From a virus (lineage: Duplodnaviria > Heunggongvirae > Uroviricota > Caudoviricetes), in IMG/VR virus record IMGVR_UViG_3300028805_000083, positions 37,572-101,571 of that record: a DNA stretch of 64,000 nt; one strand, written 5' to 3'. The notes under the pieces are model-generated. The model searched no databases. It worked only from the letters and a program-made list of their open reading frames with translations, and had not been told where the DNA came from. The translations under genes were made by a program, and so were the position numbers. Below, one piece after another: positions 50,248-59,806 of this stretch; position 1 is the first letter of the stretch, and each line of letters opens with the position of its first letter.

Positions 50248-50613
50248 TCAGTCTTCGGTTACTGTTTTCAAATTTTTAAATAGCTCTTCGTGTCCGAAAA
50301 CCGCCAAGGCTGTTGTTTTATAGTTTAAATCTGGTTCTTTAAACTCGGTATAGTCAATGCCATACCCTTCAAGCTTTCTTTTCCACTTATCTACGTCAGC
50401 GTATAGATAAATCAAATAATCGTTACTCCATTCAAGACTATTGGGATGCTCAATCATCCATTGAGCCACTGCATGACCGCCTTGAACACAACCATATACT
50501 GGTTTTAACGCTCTATCTACGAGTATGTATAACTTCTTTTTAATCATTGCCTTCTGCGGATGCAAATTTGTTATACTCCTCGATAACGTAATTTTTAAAA
50601 AGTGGAATTGCAT
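50248..50613 (-). CDS. Peptidyl-tRNA hydrolase, PTH2-like
   Basis: KKLYILVDRALKPVYGCVQGGHAVAQW resembles the PTH2 core (K..lVvR.DL.M..GK.aAQ..HA). 121 aa. Confidence 0.5.
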   Translation of the reverse strand: MQFHFLKITLSRSITNLHPQKAMIKKKLYILVDRALKPVYGCVQGGHAVAQWMIEHPNSLEWSNDYLIYLYADVDKWKRKLEGYGIDYTEFKEPDLNYKTTALAVFGHEELFKNLKTVTED

Positions 50614-50854
50614 AATTCTCAGTCATATCACCACCACTACCAACTAGTCTACCACTGTAGAGACCTTTATAACAACGGTTTCTTACTTCTTCCTCAAGAT
50701 ACTTGTCACGCTCTTCACCCTCAATACGATGCTTAAAAATGTAATAAGCAACATAATCTTCGTGAGAATGTACGCAATCAGCTTTAATGTACTCCTTAAA
50801 CTTAAGATACTGTTCTCTAGTGGTGGCTTCGTTTGTAAAAATTTTCTTTTCCAT
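50540..50854 (-). CDS. hypothetical protein
   Basis: ORF of 104 aa. Confidence 0.35.
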   Translation of the reverse strand: MEKKIFTNEATTREQYLKFKEYIKADCVHSHEDYVAYYIFKHRIEGEERDKYLEEEVRNRCYKGLYSGRLVGSGGDMTENYAIPLFKNYVIEEYNKFASAEGND

Positions 50855-51139
50855 ATGATATATTTTTTAATTTGTTTGTTATTATTAATGAATTTAAAAT
50901 ACTTCACTTATATTCCCCATCCAAACTAAAATATATCAGGACCACGAATCAGTTTCAGCTACCAAAACTCGCTAGAAACCTACCAAAAACTGTTTTTTCT
51001 CATAATGATAATTAATTTAAATTTGTTATTAAAAAACGGAAGCTTTTTTTCTAGAATAAATGATTTCAAGTCAAGTCCTATAGAAATTTGCTGTTAGCTT
51101 CCTTGATATATCCGCTTGTTTAGCAGAAAGGATTAGTTG

Positions 51140-51263
51140 CAGGGACTGACGGACTCGAACCGCCATCTTTTATTAACAGTTAAAGGTACAATCTGTTCCG
51201 AAGTCGAGACTGTGTGATTCCTTAAATCGCAACAAACCACTCTTACCATTGAGCTAAATCCCT
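51140..51263 (-). tRNA. tRNA gene carrying an intervening sequence of about 50 nt
   Basis: 5' half AGGGATT-TA-GCTC-AATGGTAA-GAGT and 3' half GGCGG-TTCGAGT-CCGTC-AGTCCCT have complementary acceptors but lie 124 nt apart. The insert contains a 25-nt element that also occurs at 15551-15575. Confidence 0.5.
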
Positions 51264-51610
51264 ATATAAATACAAAAGGCTGAGAATTTGACCTTATTGT
51301 TGATGCCTTTATGCAAGCGTTGGAACTTGTTCTTCACACGCCACCTTACGATGGACGTAGACACCATGCACGATGATTTTGTGAAAACCACCTAAACTCT
51401 TACTGATTTAAACCTTTCGGTACAGAATCATAACATTCATTTCACCACCAAGCTGTTGCGCATTTTGACTAGATGCCTCCAGTCCACTCAGATGACTACT
51501 TTTACTAGTTTGTTGGATTCCTTGCGAGTCACCAACCACTTCATATTACAGAAGTATAAGTGCATTTTATCTGCTCAGTGTCGCACACTTTCGCTTTTAA
51601 TCTTTATTTT

Positions 51611-51688
51611 AAAAGACGACAGGATTCGAACCTGTAACACTCGGCTCCTCAAGCTGATGCTCTACCGTTGAGTTACACTTTCACAACT
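51611..51688 (-). tRNA. tRNA-like gene, anticodon possibly GAG, with mismatched stems
   Basis: T arm ACAGG-TTCGAAT-CCTGT and D arm ACTC-AACGGTA-GAGC. The anticodon arm is imperfect. Confidence 0.4.
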
Positions 51689-52400
51689 AATGGAAGACGA
51701 GGTGCGACTCTTAGAATCTGTGTCTTTTGGACACAGCCCACTAAATCGCCTTCCTATGCCAAACCCACCACAAGTTTGTAGCACTAATAAACACTCTCAG
51801 CCTTACGGTTCTTAACGCTTATAACATTCATCATGCCTTTCACGTTAAGACAAATGTGTATTTGAACCCAACACGCCAACTGGTGATTATTGTATCAAGT
51901 CCCACAAGGTAATCTATTGTATCACTACTCAACCCAAGCTGTTAACCTAGGTAGCATACTACACGATTTTACCTACCGAACAGTATACCGTACCTTGTGC
52001 TTTTCAGTGAAATGCCCTAGTTTCCTAGAACATCTGAGTCGGCTTAGTTGTCAATATCCGTCTCATTTATCCCATCACTGGATTATCCTTCCATCTGGCC
52101 ACGAAAGCTGACCATTAGCCTATGCCTTTTGCAAGACATTTCCTCTTGGAATCGGCTTATTCTTTTGGGTATTATTTCCATTTTGGTTTATTATAATCGG
52201 TAAACTGCTTCCTCTTACGAGGTGGGTCTATATCCCAAGCTCCGATTTTTTACACCATTATAGAATACCTTCCCCAATGCATTGTTTTCTAGTACACGTT
52301 CTCTAGAATTATGGCTTCCGAAGTCACCATAGTCATGGATTGTTTAACCACATAAAACCCACTTTTACCGTTGTCTACAGCACGAAAAGGCATATCTCGT

Positions 52401-52542
52401 TGGTTAGAGCAGATTTGCACTGCTGAAGCTTCCGAAGAAACACATCAAGCACGAACTTGATGTCCATTTGTCTACATCGTCATTACTGACGTTCTCCTCT
52501 GGTACTAACCAAAAGGTGGTTTTTTAACTTGTCCACCACAAG
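52401..52542 (-). ncRNA. Candidate structured ncRNA, copy 1 of 2
   Basis: A paralog of about 142 nt of 52702-52843. It has a terminal 8-bp closing helix, an internal C(UUCG)G hairpin and a CATCAAG...CTTGATG hairpin. A GGTGG...CCACC hairpin plus a U-run lies at its minus-strand 5' side. Confidence 0.4.
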
Positions 52543-52701
52543 GTATAGTGTGTAGTATTGTAAAGGCTAATTCATTTTACAGAACTAATTTAATGGTAAA
52601 GGACATCTGCTATGTTTCATACAGTTGTGTGTTTGTCGCAACCTCACTTTCCTCGCCAACCTTTACTGCCGATTGCACCTGAGCGTTTATACTACATTTG
52701 T

Positions 52702-52843
52702 TGGTAGAGCTAGATTTGCACTAGCGAAGACTCCGAAGAGCCACATCAAGCACGAACTTGATGCCCATTTGTCTACATCGTCATTGCTGACGTTCTCCTC
52801 TGGTATCTACCAAAAGGTGGTTTTTTAACTTGTCCACCACAAG
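52702..52843 (-). ncRNA. Candidate structured ncRNA, copy 2 of 2
   Basis: About 85% identical to copy 1. The terminal helix shows compensatory changes (TTGGTAGA/TCTACCAA against TTGGTTAG/CTAACCAA). Confidence 0.4.
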
Positions 52844-52861
52844 AATAGTTGCGGGAGTCAG

Positions 52862-52936
52862 GCTCGAACTGACACGATGCGTTTCTAGCGTAGAAGGCTT
52901 ATGAGACCCACATGTTACCATTACATTATCCCGCTA
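52862..52936 (-). tRNA. tRNA-like gene with a CUCAUAA loop (CAU) and an extended variable region
   Basis: Acceptor AGCGGGA/TCCCGCA is a 6/7 match. D arm ATGT-AATGGTA-ACAT. T arm GTCAG-TTCGAGC-CTGAC. Confidence 0.45.
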
Positions 52937-53901
52937 TTTATAAATTTATTGAATTCATCTTCAACAAACTGTGGTTTATATTTACCCATATCTTTTATAA
53001 TATAAGGTATATAGCCACAATTCTTAATCTCTTTAATCTTTATTTTATCTCTATTTTGAACTTGTTCAACAGAATGGTCTTCTTTTATCTTTTGATAATG
53101 CCATTTCCCATTCCATAAAACAGCCACTTTAATGTCTTCTATAATAACATCAGCGTCCCAACCATTAAATATTGGCTCATTATGTTTTACATTATTGAAA
53201 TGTTTTTCACATAATTCACAGAAATATTTTTCATTTTTAGAACGTCTATTTTCTCCTTGAACTTTGGCAGAATTCTTTCCAGCAGTACTAAGTTTTTTTA
53301 TTGCGTCCTCAGAAAGATATTTCTTCCTATTAATTCGATATTCATTCAAGCATTCTCTAGAACAGAACATTCTAGTTGCACCACTTTCATTTAAATGGTA
53401 TTTTCTACCACATATACGGCATATATATTCTTTTCGTGGAGCTATAGTATTAGCAATGTTTTTCTTCTTTAGCTCATAAGATTCGCCAAATTTAGAGCGA
53501 TAATATTTTAATATTGATTCACTAGTTTTCCTTTTAGTTTCTTCACTTGGTTTTTCTCTTAACCTATTGTTGTATTTAGCTGCACAACTTTTAGAGCAGA
53601 AAAAATGTTTTGTTTTAGATGCTTTATAAGCACTAGCAGTAACTTCTACATTCTTACCACAATTTTCACAATGGAAATGATTCTTTTTTCTATGTGAAAA
53701 AGCAGAACAATCAATTGAACAGTATTTTAATCTTCCTCTGTTATTTTTTAACTCGAATGTTATCTGTTTTTTTTCGCCATAAAATATTTTTCCGCAATGT
53801 TCGCATTCTAATGCTAATTTATCTGTGCTTTTTGCATTTTTATATTCTTCATCTGTATATCTAACTATCATAATACATATTCTTATATATATAAATATCA
53901 C
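52921..53901 (-). mobile_element. Zn-ribbon repeat protein with a C-terminal Vsr/PD-(D/E)XK-like nuclease domain, probably a homing endonuclease
   Basis: Several CxxC...CxxC modules. GWDADVIIEDIKVAVLWNGKWHY resembles the Vsr core (D.vf...k.avFvdGcFWH). It sits inside the tRNA array. Confidence 0.5.
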
Positions 53902-54036
53902 GATGGTTGCGAAAATACGATTCGAACATATGTTTTTTAGGCTAAAATTCGGAAACTATATTTTTTCACATCTTAAATTTGCAGTTTAATGTTAAAAAAT
54001 TAATTGCTGTAAGTTTCCTTGATTAATTTCAACTTT

Positions 54037-54072
54037 GCAAAGATATAAAAAATTTTTTTAATATCCAAATTT
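54037..54072 (-). promoter_or_regulatory. Representative Bacteroidetes sigma-A promoter (-33 TTTG, 19-nt spacer, -7 TATCTTTG) driving 53901..52921
   Basis: Minus strand reads ATTTGGATATTAAAAAATTTTTTATATCTTTGCAAAG. The plus-strand motif gcaaagata...ccaaat recurs about 28 times in the window. Confidence 0.65.
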
Positions 54073-54073
54073 T

Positions 54074-54343
54074 TTAAGAACTTTTTTCAAGTTTTTTGAA
54101 AAATTCATTCAACTTGGTCAATTCTGACAATCCATTTGCAAGTTCTTCTGCGTTGACAATCAACTCATTCTTACCTTCTTCAATACTATTTATCTGAGTA
54201 TGAAGAGATTCCATGAGCTTACCCTTTAGGGTGTCACGATATTTTACGCTAACAATCTTCTGAGCTTCTTGCTTCTCATAGCCAGCTTCACAAAGATTTT
54301 TATATAACTCGTTTCTAAATTCTTTTTCTAAAATCTTACTCAT
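54074..54343 (-). CDS. hypothetical coiled-coil protein
   Basis: ORF of 89 aa with a promoter at 54367-54410. Confidence 0.4.
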   Translation of the reverse strand: MSKILEKEFRNELYKNLCEAGYEKQEAQKIVSVKYRDTLKGKLMESLHTQINSIEEGKNELIVNAEELANGLSELTKLNEFFKKLEKSS

Positions 54344-54403
54344 TGCTTATATTTTCGTTTAACAATGCAAAGATATAGAAAATAATTGAGACTTCCAAAT
54401 TTT

Positions 54404-54985
54404 TTAACGAATATTAACAAAATCAATTAATAAAATATCTTTGTCAGTTCCATTTTTAATAATTTCTTTATTTTTCCTCTTAGCATATAGCCAAGGCCAC
54501 CAATCATCTATTAATTTAGGGGCTTTCACTGAAGAATAATTTTCTTCGCAAGAAGGCTCATCCTTAAATTTGTAATCATATTCCCAATTATAAAGATTTC
54601 TTCCGCACCAAAATGTGATGTTTTTATATTCATCAGAAATATGTTTACAAAAATCTACAAAGTTTTCTTTTGAGAAAGTTGTATATTGGTTTTTATTTCT
54701 AACCTCATGCAAAACTCTAATATAGCAGTCCTTTTTGGAATTAATATATTCTAAATCATTTACCAAATCAAACCAGCGATATTTATATTCCATTATACCG
54801 TGCGCTAAAACCAAACCTTCAGTTTTGTCAAATCTTACTCTTAAATCGAAACACCTAACACCATATTTCTCATATTGAGTTTTAATATCAACGCTTTGGC
54901 ATTTTGACATGAATTTTAACGGATATTGCCACCATTTTTTAGGTTTTAAATATGTCCAAGAATTATGTGAACCTAATATGCTCAT
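54404..54985 (-). CDS. hypothetical protein
   Basis: ORF of 193 aa. Confidence 0.4.
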   Translation of the reverse strand: MSILGSHNSWTYLKPKKWWQYPLKFMSKCQSVDIKTQYEKYGVRCFDLRVRFDKTEGLVLAHGIMEYKYRWFDLVNDLEYINSKKDCYIRVLHEVRNKNQYTTFSKENFVDFCKHISDEYKNITFWCGRNLYNWEYDYKFKDEPSCEENYSSVKAPKLIDDWWPWLYAKRKNKEIIKNGTDKDILLIDFVNIR

Positions 54986-55392
54986 TGATTTTCAGATATT
55001 TTAATGTGGACCTAGAGGGATTCGAACCCTCGTTCCAGAAATTCGCCTCATAAGAAATTATACAAGCTTCCCCAAAGTGTCCGAAAACACCGCCTTTGAG
55101 ACCACCTCATTTTGAGAAAACGAGGAAAACTAGGGGTGGATGACTAGAGTCACCGATTCCACCATCTTTTAAATAAAAAATATTAAAAAGAATAATGCTA
55201 GGATGTTCTGTTCCTAAGAGCCTAGCCTCTCGGCTCACATTACGCAGCTATAGCGTACTCGTAAGCAGGAGAATTAACATTCTCGCCAGTTATATTTTTT
55301 GCTATTTCAAGTGTATGCCCACTGCTTGTTTCTTACCAAACTCAACTCATAACGGTCAAAACCAAATAGGCCCAAATTATTTGTATTTTTGG

Positions 55393-55466
55393 TGTTGAAG
55401 GGGTGACTCGAACACCCAACCTATTGAATATCAGTCAATTGCGCTAACCAATTGCGCCACTCCAAC
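55393..55466 (-). tRNA. tRNA-Ile(GAU)
   Basis: Acceptor GTTGGAG/CTTCAAC, D arm GCGC-AATTGGTTA-GCGC, anticodon arm ATTGA-CTGATAT-TCAAT, T arm GGGTG-TTCGAGT-CACCC. Confidence 0.7.
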
Positions 55467-55634
55467 ATTAATAATGCTCTAACCTACTGAGCTACCACTC
55501 GATTATATAACTAGTTTGTGGAATTCCGATTCTTCACCACACAAGTTTCACTAGACCTCCTAATGTTATATGCGTCCGTTATAGGATACCAACGTTATAC
55601 GCTTGCCAATTTATTTATCGTACTGCGGAACTAG

Positions 55635-55859
55635 TTATAGACTTACCGTTTCGCAACTTTTTTTAAACTCTTCTAGAGTGCCATCAAAAATCCAATCTGA
55701 CACCCTATCATCTTTTACATTCTTTACTACAATTGTAACACGAGATTTGCCATCTTTCTCTTCCTCTTTGATGAGCCTAATATCTTCATATCTAAATATT
55801 GCAACTTTTACGCTTCTTGTCGGAAATCTCACTTGCAAGAATAGTTTACCATTTGCCAT
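55635..55859 (-). CDS. hypothetical protein
   Basis: ORF of 74 aa. Confidence 0.35.
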   Translation of the reverse strand: MANGKLFLQVRFPTRSVKVAIFRYEDIRLIKEEEKDGKSRVTIVVKNVKDDRVSDWIFDGTLEEFKKSCETVSL

Positions 55860-55934
55860 TATAAATATTGTTTTATGTTCAAAAAGTACGGAAACGTTTT
55901 AATACATTAAGTTGCTCTACCTAACTGAGCTACA

Positions 55935-56000
55935 AGGAGTATAAACCCCTCGATGGGATTCGAACCCATGACCTACTGCTTACAAGGCTTATTAAAAAAC
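55935..56000 (-). other. Juxtaposed tRNA halves in permuted order, a 3' half then a 5' half. See findings.
   Basis: On the minus strand the sequence reads ...ATGGG-TTCGAAT-CCCAT-CGAGGGG-T-TTATA-CTCCTTG-TA-GCTC-AGTTAGGTA-GAGC-A-ACTTA.... The strands CGAGGGG and CTCCTTG are complementary, with two G-U pairs. Confidence 0.4.
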
Positions 56001-56313
56001 TATTGCTGTCTGTTTCCTTAGCGCTTGAGGTCGGATTTGCACCTTCTGTCTCTGTCTCCATCTTTCGACTTTGTACCAGCGTTTATACTACTTAACACTT
56101 CTCAAGCATGTTTCGCCTACTGTACCCATGTGATAACTTGAACGATGTATCACATCAAGCCATCGCAGACTTGTCTTACATTAACGTAGTTAAGACCAAT
56201 ATACGGCATTCTTAACCTAAAGTATGCTTACGAGCACGTTACAGATATTCATTGTTTTGTATGTCTTGCAGATAAGCCTTTAACGTGCAAAAGGCTATTT
56301 TTCAGTATATCTA

Positions 56314-56421
56314 AAATGAAAACCACAATGAGGACATAAAAACACCTCACCATTCTCGTCAATTGCTTTGGAAATGTCAATTTTGACATTATTTCCACAT
56401 CTTACACATTTTACCTCCATA
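56314..56421 (-). CDS. Zn-ribbon mini-protein of about 35 aa (not in the ORF track)
   Basis: Hand translation gives MEVKCVRCGNNVKIDISKAIDENGEVFLCPHCGFHF, with CxxC...CxxC. Confidence 0.3.
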
Positions 56422-56498
56422 ACATTTATTTTTGTAATGCAAAGATATGAAAAAAAAATTGGAATAACCAAATATTTTAACGTTTTTTTAGAAAAGTG

Positions 56499-56573
56499 TT
56501 GGACTGGTGGGAGTCGAACCCACGATTTTCACCTTGTAAGGGTGCTGTCCTAAACCACTAGACGACAGTCCAG
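56499..56573 (-). tRNA. tRNA-Val(UAC)
   Basis: Acceptor TGGACTG/CAGTCCA, D arm GTCT-AGTGGTTTA-GGAC, anticodon arm CACC-CTTACAA-GGTG, T arm GTGGG-TTCGACT-CCCAC. Confidence 0.65.
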
Positions 56574-56896
56574 TTTGGCACGAACATTTTGTCATATATA
56601 CGTGTAGAATCTTTATGTTAAGCGAAACAATACAAAATTGTCAAGGGGTTTGCACCCTTATCGTTCTATTCAGAATAGAGTGCTTTGTTCTCTACCTCGT
56701 CTATTGCTAGACAAACTCAGTGCCTTTGTATCAGTCATGGTCTATTACAGACCAACCTTGCCTTTGTATTTGTAAGCAAACCAACCGATAACCCCACCCA
56801 AAATGAATTCAATCATAGTTGTAATATTTTTAAAAGATTAGACAATTAATTTGATGTTGCAAAGATATAAAAAATATTTTTAATTTCCAAATAAAA

Positions 56897-57562
56897 TTAC
56901 CATTTTTCTAACTTTTTAACAATCTTTTCTTTTTCCATTTGAGCATTGAATTTGTCTTGAATCAATTCAGCTTGAATCTCATTCTCAAGTTCATCATAGT
57001 CATCTTCGTTATATTGCTCATGTAAGCCATACTTTTTCTTACGAGGTCTCTTACATGCTAGTTCGTCACACTTTACAGCGTTTTTACCATCACCCCAGCG
57101 GAACTGTAGCCAACCCTCGTATTCTCCATAATCGAATACATAGCCTTTTGGAATTTCATCGTCACCCCTAAAGTATTCATCAAGCATTCTCAGTGATACC
57201 TCTTGTGTTCTCCAAGGATAATACATATTGGAGTGACCATATACTCCGTCATGTCCAATTTTAATGATTCTACTTCTTTCAAAATCTAAAACCATGTATC
57301 CCCAGAACCTATCTTGGACATCAAATTTCCATTCTTTAGTGTGCCACTTATCCCTTGGAATTTCTTCTTGATGTGGTCTTGGAGTATCAGCGTAAACCTC
57401 TTCAATCAGTTTAACCTCTTTCTTCCACTCTTCCTCAGTATCAAACTCAGTCTCAGTATGGATATACTCATGTAGGTTATACAAGCCAGTCATTTTTCTA
57501 TCTGACAATGATTTACCCCACATTGAGAATATGACCATATATCGTTTTGTATGTTTCTTCAT
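56897..57562 (-). CDS. hypothetical protein
   Basis: ORF of 221 aa. Confidence 0.4.
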   Translation of the reverse strand: MKKHTKRYMVIFSMWGKSLSDRKMTGLYNLHEYIHTETEFDTEEEWKKEVKLIEEVYADTPRPHQEEIPRDKWHTKEWKFDVQDRFWGYMVLDFERSRIIKIGHDGVYGHSNMYYPWRTQEVSLRMLDEYFRGDDEIPKGYVFDYGEYEGWLQFRWGDGKNAVKCDELACKRPRKKKYGLHEQYNEDDYDELENEIQAELIQDKFNAQMEKEKIVKKLEKW

Positions 57563-58176
57563 GTTTCTTTTCTTTTTCTGAAAGATGCCTTTAAATCAAA
57601 TCCATGAGACAATATCTTGCCCTCATTGGTTTGCGTCTTAATACCATCAACCGAACCAAACAAGTCTATGAAAAGAGTATTCTTAAACTCTTTCAAGTAA
57701 TCTTTCTTATAGCCATAATCCTCTAAAGATTCGATAAGGTTTGAAAGCAACCCCTCAAGGTCTTTAACAAGATGGTCTTCAATACCATTACCAATCAAAT
57801 CCCAAGGTCTTGTTTCGTGTCCAATTGATGTGCCATTAAGTTGGGCTAAATATGTAATCTCATAATAACCACCAGTAATGCCAATGATATGTTTGCACCT
57901 TATACCGACTTCATCATGTACCTTTTTAGCTTTTATTTTACTTACGTCTTTATAGTAATAGAATCCAAGAGGTGAAATACATTTAGCATCACGCCCACCT
58001 TTACCAGTGTAGCATACTACTCTAGAATCGTCCTTAATAACTTTCTCACCTTTGGTGAAAGATGTTCTTGTAGTATTAATTCCGATTCCTATACAGTCCT
58101 TATCCTCAACTTTAGCAACAATCACGTCACATTTGCTGAATAGGATTTTCCGCTTTTCTCTTATTTTAACAGCCAT
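57559..58176 (-). CDS. hypothetical protein
   Basis: ORF of 205 aa. Confidence 0.4.
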   Translation of the reverse strand: MAVKIREKRKILFSKCDVIVAKVEDKDCIGIGINTTRTSFTKGEKVIKDDSRVVCYTGKGGRDAKCISPLGFYYYKDVSKIKAKKVHDEVGIRCKHIIGITGGYYEITYLAQLNGTSIGHETRPWDLIGNGIEDHLVKDLEGLLSNLIESLEDYGYKKDYLKEFKNTLFIDLFGSVDGIKTQTNEGKILSHGFDLKASFRKRKET

Positions 58177-58391
58177 TAGTCAACAAAACCTTCAAAATAA
58201 TTTTTTACAACTTTAAACGGCCAGAAGAATACCAAACCTAATAAAAACAAAACTGCCATTGGTTCTTCACTGCCTTCGTTTAGCTCTTTCACTAATTTAT
58301 ATTCTAGTTCATATTCGTCTTTCCACCAAATATATACCAAAATAATACCAACAAGGAAATATCCAATTATAATATATTCCCAAATCGTCAT
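58176..58391 (-). CDS. small membrane protein
   Basis: 71 aa with two transmembrane segments. Confidence 0.35.
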   Translation of the reverse strand: MTIWEYIIIGYFLVGIILVYIWWKDEYELEYKLVKELNEGSEEPMAVLFLLGLVFFWPFKVVKNYFEGFVD

Positions 58392-58508
58392 AATAGTAAA
58401 GTAGGCTTCCTCGACCTACCACGACAGTTAACGGTTTTTGTTAGTTCAAGGTACTAATAGACCAAGCGCAGTGCTCTGTTACACCGTAAACACCGATAAG
58501 GATTATCG

Positions 58509-58580
58509 CAGGCACAGCAGGAATCGGACCCACATCTGAGGTTTTGGAGACCCCCATTCTAACCATTAAACTATGCGCCT
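58509..58580 (-). tRNA. tRNA-Trp(CCA)
   Basis: Acceptor AGGCGCA/TGTGCCT. Anticodon arm GGGGT-CTCCAAA-ACCTC. The T arm has wobble pairs. Confidence 0.55.
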
Positions 58581-58590
58581 ATATATACGG

Positions 58591-59094
58591 CTAGATAACC
58601 CAGCCGCTACTTTCTGTAAACAGTATTTCTTTTCCTTTATAAAGTATAAAGCCTTTCCCCTTTTTATAAACAATTGGGCAAATTTTTGGCATGGAAATAG
58701 AACACTTTTCGTTGTTTCTCCAACCAACCAAGGCTTTTTTCTTACCGAAGAAATCAACAATACATAAAGTTTTGTCCTTATTCTTCATCACCTCAATAGG
58801 CTTCCTCTTCTGTAGGATAAGATAAGCATCAATACCTTCCTTACCCTTTTTATGGGCTTGTTTAGATAGAGCCTTATAATCAGCTTTTACCTCTTCATCG
58901 GATGGCATTTTCTCCCCAAAACCAGCCCACCTCTCAGCAAGCTCCTTACGCATCTGTCTGTACTCAGCCAAAGTCATTTTCTTATCTGACTTAGGTGTTT
59001 CATGCTGACCATCAATGCTAGTCAAATATTTGTAAGGTACATTGAGATACCTAGTATCTACTGACCTATTCTTACCAAACTTATTTACTGACAT
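58591..59094 (-). CDS. hypothetical basic protein
   Basis: ORF of 167 aa. Confidence 0.4.
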   Translation of the reverse strand: MSVNKFGKNRSVDTRYLNVPYKYLTSIDGQHETPKSDKKMTLAEYRQMRKELAERWAGFGEKMPSDEEVKADYKALSKQAHKKGKEGIDAYLILQKRKPIEVMKNKDKTLCIVDFFGKKKALVGWRNNEKCSISMPKICPIVYKKGKGFILYKGKEILFTESSGWVI

Positions 59095-59095
59095 A

Positions 59096-59806
59096 TTATT
59101 TATCTTCTACATACACACCGCAATATTGAGGTTTACCCAATTCAACCCACTCATCGTGAGTCATAATGTGATATGTTTTGTGTTTTGGTTGTTTCTTATT
59201 ACCGACACTACTAATATCCCTTGTCTTCGAATCAACAGACTTTATGATGTCTGGTATTCTATAGCTTCCCACCATCTGTTTAATCAAAGACGCATAGTTC
59301 TTTGCTAAATAATACTCAGAGCATGTTATCCACAATGGAGTTTTAGACTCACCACGTAGAATCTCTACACAATCTGGAATATTACAATGGTATGGATTCT
59401 TAGCAATACCAACAATTGATATGTCTGGTCTGTTGTATTCTGTCATCAGAGCGTTTGCTAGACGCATACCAATTCCAGGAGTTCTGTCTTTTCCATTTTC
59501 AGATAACCAAACAAATCCGTCAACAATGATTGTATCAACGTCATCTAAATCTAGCATCTTCAAACATTGCATAATACATGGTAATTCACGTTTATACAAC
59601 TCTCCAGGTTTATACTCTGCATCAATGGTTTCCCTTTTACTTGTGACGAAATATTTTACTTTCGTGTCTGTCCAACTTTCAAATACACCGCCAACAGTAT
59701 ATGAATATCCATCGTAATAGTATGTATCAAATGCAACAATCATCCTAATATTTTTTCTATATCTTTTTTTAACCCATAAAAATTCCTTTTTAATGGTAAT
59801 GGACAA
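59096..59806 (-). CDS. nfi: endonuclease V (Nfi) homolog
   Basis: IVAFDTYY, EYKPGELYKRELPCIMQCLKML, IIVDGFVWLSENGKDRTPGIGMRLANAL and ISIVGIAKNPY line up with the E. coli EndoV blocks (ADVGF; [41 protein letters not shown]). Confidence 0.65.
   Translation of the reverse strand: MSITIKKEFLWVKKRYRKNIRMIVAFDTYYYDGYSYTVGGVFESWTDTKVKYFVTSKRETIDAEYKPGELYKRELPCIMQCLKMLDLDDVDTIIVDGFVWLSENGKDRTPGIGMRLANALMTEYNRPDISIVGIAKNPYHCNIPDCVEILRGESKTPLWITCSEYYLAKNYASLIKQMVGSYRIPDIIKSVDSKTRDISSVGNKKQPKHKTYHIMTHDEWVELGKPQYCGVYVEDK

Noticed and set aside
55012-55100. T arm plus acceptor-like 3' end (GAGGG-TTCGAAT-CCCTC-TAGGTCC)
   Set aside because: No matching 5' half lies nearby. It is possibly another split-tRNA 3' exon, but this is unsupported.
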